Shown here in pieces: positions 19,847 to 29,801 of a DNA stretch of 64,000 nucleotides (positions within the stretch are counted from its first letter, which is position 1; every line of letters begins with the position of its first letter). The translations under genes were made by a program, and so were the position numbers. This stretch comes from Cryomorphaceae bacterium. Its GTDB lineage: Bacteria > Bacteroidota > Bacteroidia > Flavobacteriales > Schleiferiaceae. The DNA is taken from contig SKIJ01000003.1 of assembly GCA_007116495.1 (NCBI GenBank), forward strand, positions 13,708 through 77,707. Reading direction: 5' to 3'. The notes beneath the pieces are model-generated. The model was not told the origin of the DNA. It ran no database searches and was given only the letters and a program-made list of their open reading frames with translations.

Positions 19847-20257
19847 TTAGGGACAAATACATTCTTTTATTTCATTGGCTCTTGGTTTAATTGCCAATAC
19901 GCGTACCTCTGATTTACAATTGTGTACAAGTATGTCCCAAGTCTTGTCATCGTCCTGATTCCAAACCAATGGATATTTTTTACAAACCAAATCCATTTTT
20001 GCCTCTGAGTTTTTGAAATCAACCTTTGATTCTCTAAATACACGATCAAAAAGGGAGTCTTCAAACTGGTAACACTCCATCAAACACTGAGCATAAGGAG
20101 TTAACACACGGTTTTTTTGTCTAAAATCATTTAATACGCGATCATTAGGGAAATATGAGCACTGTATATCTCTACCGCCAAACAAGGCTTTAACAACTAA
20201 GGTGCCGAGGAAAAGTCCAATTCCAAAATAGAAAAATTTACGCAAAAACACCTTCAT
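19847..20257 (-). CDS. Hypothetical membrane-anchored Cys-rich protein.
   Basis: N-terminal TM 'FFYFGIGLFLGTLVVKALF' followed by a soluble part with several Cys residues. It starts 3 nt after the upstream GT-C gene, so co-transcription is likely. Confidence 0.6.
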   Translation of the reverse strand: MKVFLRKFFYFGIGLFLGTLVVKALFGGRDIQCSYFPNDRVLNDFRQKNRVLTPYAQCLMECYQFEDSLFDRVFRESKVDFKNSEAKMDLVCKKYPLVWNQDDDKTWDILVHNCKSEVRVLAIKPRANEIKECICP

Positions 20258-20259
20258 AA

Positions 20260-21825
20260 TTACAGTTTTTTAATGCCGTATGCTACTTCACCAACTCCAC
20301 CACTCAACTTACCTTTAAACACAATATTTGCTTGCCCTTCTTCTAGAGGAACAATGTAAGCAGCTGTTTGATCTGCTGAAGGCATTGGTGCTTCATTCCG
20401 CTCCAAAATAGTGTAGCGATTATCCATGTACTTTATCAAGTACACCTCCAAGCTTGGATGCTTTTCTAATTCATTTTGAGACACGTAAACCACATCGAAC
20501 TCCTTGAGAGATTTTGTCATGTACTTCACTGCTCCCCAGTGGTGACGAAAGGCATGGGGAACAGATATCCAGAACGTAAGTGTACCTACCAGACTGTAAA
20601 CCAACCAGCGCCTGAATTTCACCCTAGCATTGATGCGCTCATGCCTCCATATGATGGCTAAAGCCCCTAACGATAATAGTCCCGTGGGAATGAATAAATA
20701 AAACCAACTACCGTACTTCATTAAGTATGCTGAGGTAGAAGTTGCGATAACGAGTGCAACTGCTAAAACTACAGATTGAGCTACAGGTGCAAAAAGCTTT
20801 TTAAAACGCTTAACTTGCCTAGACCAGTCTAGAACCAATGAACCAATGATTACTGAAAATGCTGGGTACGATAAAACGGACAACCATGCCACTTTACCCC
20901 CTAAAATGATATAGGGCAACCAAGCGCTAATGGCCCACAACGCAAAAAATTGCTTTGGTGCACCTCGACGTGTTGCTACAGTAACTGTTCGTATGATTGC
21001 ACGAGGTACAAATACAACAAAAGGCAAAAAAGCAAACAACAAAACCAACATTTCCCAGTGAGAAAAGAATGGCAACGACAGTGAATCTGAAAAGGTCCAA
21101 ATGTAACCGTTTTCTTCGATAAAGTTCATGACGTAACCGGGGGATTGTTGTTCTGCTGCAATCATCCACAAAATTAGTGGCACGGTGGATAGGATTAACG
21201 TTAGCCATACGCGCAACTTTAGCAACCACGTTCCTTTAGGAAAAAAAAGAATAAGTAATACAAAAAGCAACACTACATAAATCAATACGGCCGGACCTTC
21301 AGTGAGTAGAGCCAATGCCAACATAAATCCTATCAAAACTAACCAACCGCGTTGCTCATATATCAAATACCGTTGTACGCCAATCACCATGGTAGTCATA
21401 AAAAACAGCAACAAACTGTAGTGAAGCCCCACATTACCAATAATGCCTACGGCAATATTGCCAGCAAATGCCAAAATCGTTGCCATACCCAACTGACGGT
21501 CGAAGCGATTAACATGAAAAAACAACGTCAAAAATGTCATCCACATGAACAAGACGGCGGGAAAACGCAAACCGAATTCATTCATCCCAAATATTGATTG
21601 GCTTATTGCCAAAAACCAAATGTTCAGCGGTGGGTACGCCAAACTCTCCGGAAACAACCATGATCCCTCATTCAATACAGACCAAGCAGTTAGAGCATTA
21701 ATTGCCTCCTGATTATCAAATACGGGAAAAACCGTCATACCAAACAACAACACCAAGAAAACACCTACTACTGATAGGCGGGATAGATAATTATTGGTTG
21801 CATCTGATAGCGAAAATTTACTCAT
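20260..21825 (-). CDS. GT-C fold glycosyltransferase, ArnT/PMT-like (GT39/GT83-like).
   Basis: Polytopic membrane protein. The first loop 'NEGSWLFPESLAYPPLNIWFLAISQSIFGMNEFGLRFPAVLF' is typical of ArnT/PMT-family enzymes. Confidence 0.65.
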   Translation of the reverse strand: MSKFSLSDATNNYLSRLSVVGVFLVLLFGMTVFPVFDNQEAINALTAWSVLNEGSWLFPESLAYPPLNIWFLAISQSIFGMNEFGLRFPAVLFMWMTFLTLFFHVNRFDRQLGMATILAFAGNIAVGIIGNVGLHYSLLLFFMTTMVIGVQRYLIYEQRGWLVLIGFMLALALLTEGPAVLIYVVLLFVLLILFFPKGTWLLKLRVWLTLILSTVPLILWMIAAEQQSPGYVMNFIEENGYIWTFSDSLSLPFFSHWEMLVLLFAFLPFVVFVPRAIIRTVTVATRRGAPKQFFALWAISAWLPYIILGGKVAWLSVLSYPAFSVIIGSLVLDWSRQVKRFKKLFAPVAQSVVLAVALVIATSTSAYLMKYGSWFYLFIPTGLLSLGALAIIWRHERINARVKFRRWLVYSLVGTLTFWISVPHAFRHHWGAVKYMTKSLKEFDVVYVSQNELEKHPSLEVYLIKYMDNRYTILERNEAPMPSADQTAAYIVPLEEGQANIVFKGKLSGGVGEVAYGIKKL

Positions 21826-22031
21826 TTATTTTTTAATTTCTAAAACGCGAAAGTACATCATTTGCAGTATATCCAACACACTTAATCCAATACCGATTGC
21901 AGTGAATATTTTTTAGAGCTATTTCCTTCTCAACGATATTGGCATCCATGAACGGTAAAGCGTGGATAAAAAATAAAATTATTTACGTTGCATTTTTAGA
22001 TTCATCGTATTTTGCCGCAAATTATTTGGAT

Positions 22032-22475
22032 ATGATAAAACGACAAATCATTGGAGCAATCGACAAAATTGACTTTCCGGAGTTTGAATTGTTCGACTTG
22101 GGCTGTCGTATAGATACCGGCGCAACCAGTTCAGCCATTCACTGCCAAAACATTATTGTTGTTCAGGCCAATGGCATTGAAACGATTTCATTTGAATTAT
22201 TAGATGCCAAACACCCATCTTACAACAAGCAAACCTATTGCACCAAAGATTTTACGCGCAAGAAAGTGAGATCCTCATTTGGGCAAGAAGAAGTGCGTTA
22301 CGCAATTACCACTGACGTCGTTCTATTTAACACCACCTACACCACACAATTTACCTTAGCTGATAGAGTAAAAATGCGCTATCCGGTACTCATCGGAAGA
22401 AATCTATTGCGACAAGGGTTTGTGGTAGACGTCCGAAAAAAAAACACATCATTTAAGCATAAAAGCCATTTATGA
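22032..22475 (+). CDS. RimK-associated retropepsin-like 'ATP-dependent zinc protease' family protein.
   Basis: 'IIGAIDKIDFPEFELFDLGCRIDTGATSSAIHC' (D-T-G-A) and 'YPVLIGRNLL' match the PF05618-type family as I recall it. It overlaps rimK by 4 nt. The ATG at 22032 is preferred over 21939. Confidence 0.7.
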   Translation: MIKRQIIGAIDKIDFPEFELFDLGCRIDTGATSSAIHCQNIIVVQANGIETISFELLDAKHPSYNKQTYCTKDFTRKKVRSSFGQEEVRYAITTDVVLFNTTYTTQFTLADRVKMRYPVLIGRNLLRQGFVVDVRKKNTSFKHKSHL

Positions 22476-23380
22476 ACATTGCAATTCTCTCTACAAACAA
22501 GAACCTTTATTCTACAAAACGACTTGTTGAAGCCGGTGAAGATAGGGGGCACAACATGACGGTACTCAACCACACAAAGTGCTACGTTGTTATGGAACCC
22601 GGTAAGCCGGAGATTTACTACAAAGATCGTCCGGTAGAAAACATTGATGCTGTAATACCCCGCATTGGTGCTTCCGTTACCTTTTACGGTAGCAGCATCA
22701 TTCGCCAATTTGAAATGCGGAAAACATTTTCTACACTTAGCTCTCTCGGACTAGTTCGGTCTCGTGACAAATTGCGTGCAACGCAGATTCTTGCCCGCCA
22801 TAATGTGGGTTTTCCCAAAACAGCGTTTGCAAAATACCCCAGCGATGTGGATTACCTCATCAAACAAGTTGGTGGCGCCCCTTTAATTGTTAAACTTCTT
22901 GAAGGCACACAAGGCTTGGGGGTTGTTTTAGCCGAAACTCGTAAGGCGGCTAAATCAGTAATCGAAGCGTTCTATGGACTTTCCGCCAACATCATAGTTC
23001 AAGAATTTATTTCTGAAGCAAATGGTTGTGATGTTCGCGCTTTAGTTGTTGACAATAAAGTTGTAGCTTCATACAAGCGTATTGGTAAAGAAGGAGATTT
23101 TCGCTCAAACCTTCATAGAGGTGGTTCCGGAGAAAAAATTCGTTTGTCAAAAATAGAAAAAGATGCAGCAGTAAAAGCAGCTCAAGCGTTGGGACTTAAA
23201 ATTGCCGGTGTAGACCTACTTCAAAGTAATCGGGGGCCACTGATCCTCGAAGTAAACTCATCTCCTGGACTTGGTGGTGTGGAACAATACACTGGTGTGG
23301 ATGTGGCGGATAAAATCATTGCATACATCGAGAAGAACATCAATAAACCTTTGAAACAAAAAGATAAAGTTGGGGCATAA
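22472..23380 (+). CDS. rimK: Ribosomal protein S6 L-glutamate ligase (ATP-grasp).
   Basis: 'RIGASVTFYGSSIIRQFE', 'PLIVKLLEGTQGLGVVL', 'DVRALVV' and 'FRSNLHRGG' are RimK ATP-grasp motifs. Confidence 0.9.
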   Translation: MNIAILSTNKNLYSTKRLVEAGEDRGHNMTVLNHTKCYVVMEPGKPEIYYKDRPVENIDAVIPRIGASVTFYGSSIIRQFEMRKTFSTLSSLGLVRSRDKLRATQILARHNVGFPKTAFAKYPSDVDYLIKQVGGAPLIVKLLEGTQGLGVVLAETRKAAKSVIEAFYGLSANIIVQEFISEANGCDVRALVVDNKVVASYKRIGKEGDFRSNLHRGGSGEKIRLSKIEKDAAVKAAQALGLKIAGVDLLQSNRGPLILEVNSSPGLGGVEQYTGVDVADKIIAYIEKNINKPLKQKDKVGA

Positions 23381-24078
23381 TGCATTGGTTTATAGCGGAA
23401 AAAATAAACACGTCCCAAGCGCTATTATCAGAAAGTGAAAGCCATCATGCCCATACTGTTCTGCGTTTAAAGCTGTCAATAAAAGTCATTGTAATAGATG
23501 GAAATGGTAACGGATGGGAAGCAACGCTTGCCGAAAAACATGGTAAGCAGTTGTTATGCAAGCTGCATCGACCATTGCCAGCGCAAGAACGTCCTACGTT
23601 ACGCGTAGCATTAGCCCCCACAAAACAAATCGATCGTACCGAATGGTTTGTGGAAAAAGCTGTAGAATTAGGTGTTGATGCAATATACTTTTTTACGTCT
23701 AAAAACAGCGAGCGCACGCGCATTCGAATGGATCGAATGGAAAAAATTGCGCTAGCAGCAACCAAACAAAGTCAGCGAACTCACCTCCCTACCATGCATG
23801 GCTTAATGTCGTTTAATGATGTCCTTGAAGTAGATCCAAAATCTCTTATCGCTTGGTGTGGCATTGATGAACGTCCAACAGTGCACGTAAAAGACGCCCT
23901 ATTAAAATTGAAAAATCCACTTGTAATTATTGGCCCGGAAGGTGACTTTTGTAAAAGTGAAATACAAACTGCTTTACAGCACAACGCACAAGTTGTTAGC
24001 TTAGGTGACTCCAGACTTCGAACGGAAACGGCAGGTGTTTATGTGTGTGCGATAAACCAACTTCTAACTACTGAGTAA
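23380..24078 (+). CDS. rsmE: 16S rRNA (uracil1498-N3)-methyltransferase.
   Basis: 'ESHHAHTVLRLK', 'ERTRIRMDRMEKIALAATKQSQR', 'IIGPEGDF' and 'LGDSRLRTETA' are RsmE family motifs. Confidence 0.85.
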   Translation: MHWFIAEKINTSQALLSESESHHAHTVLRLKLSIKVIVIDGNGNGWEATLAEKHGKQLLCKLHRPLPAQERPTLRVALAPTKQIDRTEWFVEKAVELGVDAIYFFTSKNSERTRIRMDRMEKIALAATKQSQRTHLPTMHGLMSFNDVLEVDPKSLIAWCGIDERPTVHVKDALLKLKNPLVIIGPEGDFCKSEIQTALQHNAQVVSLGDSRLRTETAGVYVCAINQLLTTE

Positions 24079-25847
24079 TGCATTATATTGACTGGGTAAT
24101 TGTCGTCATTGCTTTGAGTGTGTTTGTTGGTATTAACCTCTACCTCAAAAAAAGTGGTAGCAAAGACATGCAAAGCTTTTTTTTAGGAGGTGGGAAAATG
24201 CCTTGGTATGTTCTTGGGCTCAGTATGGTTGCTACAACCTTCGCAACTGACTCTCCATTATGGGTTACGGAAAAAATTGCGCAACACGGAATTTCCGGTA
24301 ACTGGTTGTGGTGGAATATGATGATGGGAGGAATGCTTACTACGTTTTTCTTTGCCCGCTTATGGAAACGCGCCAATATCCTAACCGAACCAGAGTTCAT
24401 TGAACTTCGCTACAGCGGTAAAAGTGCACAGTGGTTAAGAGGATTTAAAGCCGTTTATCTCGGTTTGTTTTTAAATGCCATCATCATGGGTTGGGTAAAC
24501 CTTGCCATGATGCGAATTCTTGAAGTGTTTTTTGATTTACCCCCTGAAACAGCATTTTGGGCAACCATGGTAGCAATGCTTCTCGTTGCCTTTTACGCTT
24601 CATTAGCTGGATTGTCAGGTATCGTACTTACGGATAGTATACAGTTTTTTATTGCTATGATTGGCTCTGTAATTTTGGCCATCATTGTACTCAAGCAACC
24701 CGAAATTGGCGGCATGAGTGGTTTAAAAAATCAATTACCCGAATGGCGGTTTCACTTTTTCCCTCAAATCGGCAAAAGCGGAAGCATGGGAGCATTCAGT
24801 TTAAGTATTGGCGCGTTTTTATCATTCTTCGTTTTACAATGGTGGAACGCCTGGTACCCCGGGGCAGAACCCGGTGGTGGTGGATATATTGCACAACGAA
24901 TGATGAGTGCTCGAAGTGAACGAGATGCTCTTTGGAGTGTGCTTTTCTTCCAATTACTCCACTACGCTGTACGACCTTGGCCGTGGGTTGTGGTTGGTCT
25001 GTGCTCTCTTATCCTATACCCGGAATTACCCATTGAGTTGGCCGGCAAAGGATTTATTTACACCATGCGCGATTTTTTACCAATTGGACTTAAAGGATTG
25101 CTGTTGGTCGCTTTTATTTCGGCTTACATGAGCACCATTAGCACACAAATAAATTGGGGTGCAAGTTACCTAATAAACGATTTATACGCTCGTTTCATTA
25201 AACCCGAAAACGGCTTTACATCCTCCTCAAAAGCGCAAAATCACTACGTGCGTGCCGGGAAGTGGACAAGTTTACTGCTCATTGCAGCAGCAGGTATTGT
25301 TTCTACTAACATATCAAGCATTGATGAGGCTGCACAATTTCTTATTGCCTGTGGTGCAGGTTTAGGGAGCGTACTCATAATTCGCTGGTATTGGTGGCGT
25401 ATCAATGCTTGGTCTGAAATTGTTGCAACGATTGCTCCCGTTCCGGTTTTAATCATAAGTAAATTTTACTTAGAACCTTATTTTGGCGATGTTTACACCA
25501 ACAACAACGGTAGCTTTTACGTGGTTGTACTTGCAACCATTACCAGCTGGCTTACCGCTACGTATCTGAGTAAACCTACCGACATGAACGTCATTAAACA
25601 CTATGTAGAACGCGTGCGACCCGGCGGCTGGTGGCCAGAAGAAGTTGCGCACCGTGGAGATGATTTATTGACGCTCGGGAAACAATGGATACTTGCCGTC
25701 ATCCTGGGTTATGGCCTCTTGTTTGGCGTAGGGTATTTGATTATTATAGAATGGTTTCTGGCTTTTTCTTGGCTCTCGATTTCTTTGATTTCAGCAATTA
25801 TACTAAACCACCTTATCAAAAAATCTACTGCAGTGTTAGCACGTTAA
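24078..25847 (+). CDS. Sodium:solute symporter (SSF) family transporter.
   Basis: Polytopic membrane protein. 'FFLGGGKMPWYVLGLSMVATTFATDSPL' is typical of the SSF N-terminus. Confidence 0.8.
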   Translation: MHYIDWVIVVIALSVFVGINLYLKKSGSKDMQSFFLGGGKMPWYVLGLSMVATTFATDSPLWVTEKIAQHGISGNWLWWNMMMGGMLTTFFFARLWKRANILTEPEFIELRYSGKSAQWLRGFKAVYLGLFLNAIIMGWVNLAMMRILEVFFDLPPETAFWATMVAMLLVAFYASLAGLSGIVLTDSIQFFIAMIGSVILAIIVLKQPEIGGMSGLKNQLPEWRFHFFPQIGKSGSMGAFSLSIGAFLSFFVLQWWNAWYPGAEPGGGGYIAQRMMSARSERDALWSVLFFQLLHYAVRPWPWVVVGLCSLILYPELPIELAGKGFIYTMRDFLPIGLKGLLLVAFISAYMSTISTQINWGASYLINDLYARFIKPENGFTSSSKAQNHYVRAGKWTSLLLIAAAGIVSTNISSIDEAAQFLIACGAGLGSVLIIRWYWWRINAWSEIVATIAPVPVLIISKFYLEPYFGDVYTNNNGSFYVVVLATITSWLTATYLSKPTDMNVIKHYVERVRPGGWWPEEVAHRGDDLLTLGKQWILAVILGYGLLFGVGYLIIIEWFLAFSWLSISLISAIILNHLIKKSTAVLAR

Positions 25848-25883
25848 TAGAGTCGCGTACTCTGGATATCGTTATGTTTGGTA

Positions 25884-27065
25884 TCACACACTTTCTCCGG
25901 TAATCCACTGATTTTTTCCAGCCACTTTACACGCTAATAACAAGGTGCTTCCTTCACGGATACGGTATCGCTTGCGAAGTTGAGCAACGGTTTGCGGATA
26001 GTTTTTTCTTAAAACGTGCATGCCTTCCACATCGATGAGATTTCGATCACCCGGCTTAGAGACATGAATGGTTTTCCATACCTTTCCTGGGAAATCACCA
26101 AGGAATACATTACTTGTAAATACGTTTGTATTAACATCAAGCATTTTTACACCATATTCGCCACACATAGCATCCCACATTTGCAGTTTTCGAATGGCCG
26201 CATCGGGATAGTAAATAAAATCCTCAACTTCAGTAGCTAAAAGACGACTTCCGTTGTCTTTGGGAAACCAATCAAAACGTTTTCCCGTGTTACTCAGTAT
26301 ACTTGCAGCATACCCTGACTGATTATTGCCAATATGAAGGGTAATTTCTTTTACTTCGTCAGCCAAGGACCAAACGCGAATGTGTGCATTGGGATAAAGC
26401 CTTCGCAACCCTACAACATCCACCATTGGACTAAGCTTTACCCACACTTCACCGGCAAATGGAGATATTTCAGGTAGAAGTTGATTGAGATTAGGTGTAC
26501 TATCATCGGGTAAAAAGGTTCGTTTTCCGTTAGATCGCCTATCCGGATCTAAAAAAACCAAATCAAAGGATTGACCGCGCCATGCAACCTCTGCTTTACC
26601 GTATACAACGTTTACATTTTTCTTTTCCTTAAAATTCCACTTGGCATATTGCACCCGAGTTTCATTGGCGTCCACATAAAGTGATTGCTCTGACTGGTTC
26701 AACATGCTGTAAAAATCAATCCCTAAACCGGCAGTTAAATCAGCAGAATTATTAAATTTACACTCCTTAAATCTCTCATTTGCAATCAACTCAGCCGTTG
26801 CCTGCTCAATGATGACGGCATCAGGAAAAAGCCAATGAGGATTGTTTTTTAGTAAATGAGGAAACTTTTTTGATGCTTTTTTTCGAAGGTGCCATTGCTG
26901 TATAACCTCTTTGAAAGGAAATGAAGATTTACCGGAGTATTTAAGCATCATTTTATCAACACCACTAAGCTCTGTTTGGCGCCTCAAGTTCTGACCCTCG
27001 TCGCTGCACATAAATGAATAGAGATCATCGGGCGCCATGAAAGACATACTGAATGATATTGGCAC
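25884..27065 (-). CDS. Class I SAM-dependent methyltransferase with a THUMP-like C-terminal region.
   Basis: 'DLTAGLGIDFYSM' (SAM motif I-like) and 'VFLDPDRR'. The start is uncertain: in-frame ATGs at 27065, 27047, 27038 and 27011. The first three overlap the upstream gene. Confidence 0.6.
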   Translation of the reverse strand: MPISFSMSFMAPDDLYSFMCSDEGQNLRRQTELSGVDKMMLKYSGKSSFPFKEVIQQWHLRKKASKKFPHLLKNNPHWLFPDAVIIEQATAELIANERFKECKFNNSADLTAGLGIDFYSMLNQSEQSLYVDANETRVQYAKWNFKEKKNVNVVYGKAEVAWRGQSFDLVFLDPDRRSNGKRTFLPDDSTPNLNQLLPEISPFAGEVWVKLSPMVDVVGLRRLYPNAHIRVWSLADEVKEITLHIGNNQSGYAASILSNTGKRFDWFPKDNGSRLLATEVEDFIYYPDAAIRKLQMWDAMCGEYGVKMLDVNTNVFTSNVFLGDFPGKVWKTIHVSKPGDRNLIDVEGMHVLRKNYPQTVAQLRKRYRIREGSTLLLACKVAGKNQWITGESV

Positions 27066-27687
27066 CCATTTTTAGTGCCTTTTGACGGATATGCTCGGGA
27101 TCGTTATGAACATCGGGGTCTTCCCACCCATTGCCGAGATCTGATTCATAGGTGTAGAGCAATACCATACGGTCATTGTCAAATATGCCAAAGGCTTGAG
27201 GTGGGTGACCATCGTGTTCGTGAATCTTTGGTAACCCCTGTGGAAAGTCATACACCACAGAAAAAATGGGATGAGTAACATCGAGAGGCACCAATTCTTT
27301 GTCGGGAAAAATACGTTTTATCTCGGGGCGCACGTACTTATCCATACCGTAATTGTCGTCGATGTGTAAAAAACCACCAGCGAGTAGATATGCACGAAGA
27401 TTTTTAGCCTCTTCGCTTGAGAAAACAACATTACCGTGTCCGGTCATGTGAATGAATGGATACAGATAAAGCTGTTTTGATCCCGGCTCCACTACGTCAT
27501 TCTCCGGATGAATGTCGGTGTTGATGTGCTCATTCACAAACGAAATGAGATTAGGTAGAGACGTTGGATTGGCATACCAATCTCCTCCTCCACTGTATTT
27601 AAGCACCGCAATGCGCAAGTCTTGAGCATGGGTAGAAAGCGCAAAAAGCGTTAAAAAAAAGAGAGATTTAGAAAACGTCAATACCAT
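27025..27687 (-). CDS. DUF4159-like secreted protein.
   Basis: 'LRIAVLKYSGGGDWYANPTSLPNLISFVNEH' matches my memory of DUF4159. The ATG at 27687 gives the signal peptide 'MVLTFSKSLFFLTLFALSTHA' and lies 4 nt downstream of a TACCTTTG box. The track start at 27702 is a TTG inside that box. Confidence 0.6.
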   Translation of the reverse strand: MVLTFSKSLFFLTLFALSTHAQDLRIAVLKYSGGGDWYANPTSLPNLISFVNEHINTDIHPENDVVEPGSKQLYLYPFIHMTGHGNVVFSSEEAKNLRAYLLAGGFLHIDDNYGMDKYVRPEIKRIFPDKELVPLDVTHPIFSVVYDFPQGLPKIHEHDGHPPQAFGIFDNDRMVLLYTYESDLGNGWEDPDVHNDPEHIRQKALKMGANIIQYVFHGAR

Positions 27688-27691
27688 GTTA

Positions 27692-27699
27692 CAAAGGTA
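27692..27699 (-). promoter_or_regulatory. -7 promoter box (TACCTTTG), predicting a leaderless or near-leaderless mRNA.
   Basis: TAnnTTTG match on the minus strand, 4 nt upstream of the ATG at 27687. Confidence 0.45.
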
Positions 27700-27767
27700 C
27701 AACTGCGGTTGTGATATTGAAATACAAGCAATACTTTAGCAGCGTTTACCTTTAATAACGATTCTCA

Positions 27768-29801
27768 TTGTCATTTACCAAGATATTCAAACGATTACAT
27801 TTTTCAGCATACACCTTAATTTTTCTGGTGTGGATGCTTAATCCACTCCTTGCTGACGATGCCATTACCGTTAACATTAAAGGTGACAACGGACTATACT
27901 TAAGTCTCAACCCCAATCTTGATTTTTTTGTAAAGACATATCAAGAACAACCAGGTGTATGGGAAACCTTTACGCTCGAAAATTTTGGTACCGATTCTGT
28001 TGTTATCAAGGGGTTCAACGGAATGACGATTTACCTCAACCCAAAGTACAAATCCCTTCATGGAGATAACGATTCAATACATTATTTTTCATTTATTGAA
28101 GGTAAGCCAGGTCAGTATTACATTAAAACAGAAATTGGACGTTATTTGGGGGTAGAAAAAGATCAATACGTATATGCCAGTCGCCGACAATTTGACAATG
28201 CTGGAATTTTCTTCCTCGAGCAAACCATTTCTCCCGATGCTCCTACTAGCTTTTCAAAGACTAAAGATGGTCTCCTTTATTTTGGATTTGGACTCATAGT
28301 TTTATCTGCTTTTTCATTTTTGAACAACCGCATTAAATGGGCACTTGGACTACTTATCGTAGGCGCTTTGGTATTGCGTTTTTTTATGGCAATGGCAGCA
28401 AACTATCTTCATCTATGGGATGAACAGTACCACGCAATGGTTGCAAAAAACATGATGGATGCACCGTTCACACCTATGCTGTATGCGAACCCGGTGCTAC
28501 CCTATCCGCTATTAAGCTGGATTGAAGGACACATTTGGCTCCACAAACAACCACTATTTTTGTGGCAAATGGCAGCAAGTATGAAGATTTTCGGGGTAAA
28601 TTTAGTGGCCATGCGCCTATCCTCAATTCTGATGTCAACTGCGGTGGTGTGGTTCATCTATGCCATAGGATACAGAGTTGTTGATAGAAAAACAGGGTTT
28701 TTTGGGGCGTTTTTCTTTGCGTTGGGCAACTACGGATTGCAACTTGTAAACGGGTACCACAGCACAGACCACAATGACATTGCCTTTCTATTTTACGTAA
28801 CTGCTTCTCTACTTGCGTGGATTGAGTATTGGCAAAACAAAAGAAATCTAAGATGGGCCATTTTAGTGGGTGTGCTTTCTGGTATGGCTGTAATGGTTAA
28901 GTGGCTTCCCGGATTATTGGTATTTGCCGGATGGGCAATTGTGGTGGTGTTTTTTAAAAATGAGAGAAACCCAAGAAACGCCCTCCATTTAATTGCGGCT
29001 GTAATTGTCTCAGCCATTGTATTTGTTCCTTGGCAAGTGTATACGTTGATCCACTTCCCGGAAATAGCAAAACACGAGTTATTTTATAATACTGCACACG
29101 TCAATCAAGCAGTAGAACAACATGAAGGCGGGTTGATGTATCATTTTAAGATGACAAAAAAACATCTAGGGGTTCCTTTTTACATGCTACTCATTGGGTG
29201 GGTACTGTTGGTTCGTCGCATTAAAACAAAAGAACTAAAAACGGTGATCATAGTATGGGCTGCATTGGTATTTGTTGTTTTCACGTTAGCACAAACCAAA
29301 ATGCCAACGTTTACATTTATGATTGTTGCACTTTCGTACCTCGCTGCTGCACAGCTGATTATCGTTGGTCTCAACACAATTATTATAAATCCACAAATAC
29401 GCAATGCGCACAAGTGGCAAATGTTTTTTTCCGTGTTGATAATTGGCTTTTTGGGTTGGAAAAGCATTGAATACAAAGCGTTACGTGCACGTCATACGCT
29501 TTGGCGAAAAACAGCTGATGATCCATATAAAAACCGCATTTTAACCCAAAAACTCATGTTTAATCTTGCGAAAGACACAACAAATGAAACCATTTTCTTT
29601 CATTCAAGACCATTCGACAATATTCCACTTATGTTCTTTACCGATGCTGCTGCTGCTTACGACCGAATGCTTACCGAAGAAGAGGTTGTACTGTTGATAA
29701 AACGCGGGTTTAGACTGCGCGTATTTGACGACGGCAACCTCCCAGAATACATATACGATCACGAAATAGACATCATTAATAATTATTGGTATCCGCTGTA
29801 A
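27768..29801 (+). CDS. GT-C fold (ArnT/PMT-like) glycosyltransferase with an N-terminal beta-trefoil-like module.
   Basis: Signal-like N-terminus from a TTG start. Residues 33-153 show a three-fold internal repeat. After that comes a polytopic membrane domain with 'LHLWDEQYHAMVAKNMMD...WLHKQPLFLWQMAASMKIFGVNLVAMRLSSIL', typical of GT39/GT83-like enzymes. Confidence 0.7.
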   Translation: MSFTKIFKRLHFSAYTLIFLVWMLNPLLADDAITVNIKGDNGLYLSLNPNLDFFVKTYQEQPGVWETFTLENFGTDSVVIKGFNGMTIYLNPKYKSLHGDNDSIHYFSFIEGKPGQYYIKTEIGRYLGVEKDQYVYASRRQFDNAGIFFLEQTISPDAPTSFSKTKDGLLYFGFGLIVLSAFSFLNNRIKWALGLLIVGALVLRFFMAMAANYLHLWDEQYHAMVAKNMMDAPFTPMLYANPVLPYPLLSWIEGHIWLHKQPLFLWQMAASMKIFGVNLVAMRLSSILMSTAVVWFIYAIGYRVVDRKTGFFGAFFFALGNYGLQLVNGYHSTDHNDIAFLFYVTASLLAWIEYWQNKRNLRWAILVGVLSGMAVMVKWLPGLLVFAGWAIVVVFFKNERNPRNALHLIAAVIVSAIVFVPWQVYTLIHFPEIAKHELFYNTAHVNQAVEQHEGGLMYHFKMTKKHLGVPFYMLLIGWVLLVRRIKTKELKTVIIVWAALVFVVFTLAQTKMPTFTFMIVALSYLAAAQLIIVGLNTIIINPQIRNAHKWQMFFSVLIIGFLGWKSIEYKALRARHTLWRKTADDPYKNRILTQKLMFNLAKDTTNETIFFHSRPFDNIPLMFFTDAAAAYDRMLTEEEVVLLIKRGFRLRVFDDGNLPEYIYDHEIDIINNYWYPL

